Assembly: GCA_009691335.1 (NCBI GenBank)
Contig: SICR01000003.1
Coordinates: 1 to 46,937, forward strand
DNA: 46,937 bases
Origin: Candidatus Zambryskiibacteriota bacterium
GTDB taxonomy: Bacteria > Patescibacteriota > Minisyncoccia > Phycocordibacterales > Zambryskibacteraceae
Direction: 5' to 3'
Part shown: positions 46,794 to 46,937 of the stretch, in pieces
Layout: the number at the start of each line of letters is the position of its first letter
Numbering within the stretch: the stretch's first letter is position 1
Made by a program: the position numbers and the translations under genes
Notes under the pieces: generated by a model
What the model saw: only the letters and a program-made list of their open reading frames with translations
Database searches by the model: none
Told to the model about the DNA's origin: nothing

Positions 46794-46854
46794 CAAATTG
46801 AAGTGATATTTCGCTAGCTAGCGAAACTGCGAGTGTCAACGAGCCGAGATAAAG

Positions 46855-46885
46855 AAATTCCCCTAGGAAGGACCTAGGGGAATTT
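46855..46885. terminator. Stem-loop downstream of tRNA-Glu
   Basis: AAATTCCCCTAGG-AAGGA-CCTAGGGGAATTT; another perfect palindrome TTTCGCTAGCTAGCGAAA at 46809-46826. Confidence 0.6.
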
Positions 46886-46937
46886 GGTGAATTCGTAAGA
46901 ACCGTTCTTCGGGATAAGTATTTTTGTATATAAACAA

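Overview
A gene-dense chromosomal segment dominated by housekeeping genes. It most likely comes from a Patescibacteria/CPR (Parcubacteria-like) genome. That assignment is an inference from the short EF-Ts, trimmed RF1, split transketolase, few Shine-Dalgarno sites and the repeat families present. TGA is used as stop, so the standard code 11 applies. Contents: DEAD-box helicase, bcp, murA, ftsEX, rnj, an OppA-like binding protein, secG, groES-groEL, lemA-TPM, an RRM protein, nrdAB, a gap-rpiB-rpe-tkt-pfkB-fba carbon cluster, rplY, rpmE, prfA, rpsB, tsf, a single-chain PheRS, gyrB, mraZ-rsmH-ftsL-ftsI and four tRNAs (Gln-CTG, Ser-GGA, Thr-TGT, Glu-CTC). No CRISPR array, rRNA or intact transposase was seen. 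The most interesting signals: (1) the first 1 kb holds a truncated serine recombinase, a dif-like site, a self-contained orphan cassette and a structured ~230-bp element abutting a REP-like palindrome; (2) several dispersed hairpin families with covarying arms, one nested and one apparently inside a CDS; (3) three orphan cassettes with their own promoter, SD and 3' hairpin among apparently leaderless native genes; (4) an organelle-type monomeric PheRS; (5) a class Ic (Mn/Fe) RNR beta subunit. All calls come from reading the sequence by eye; no searches were run.
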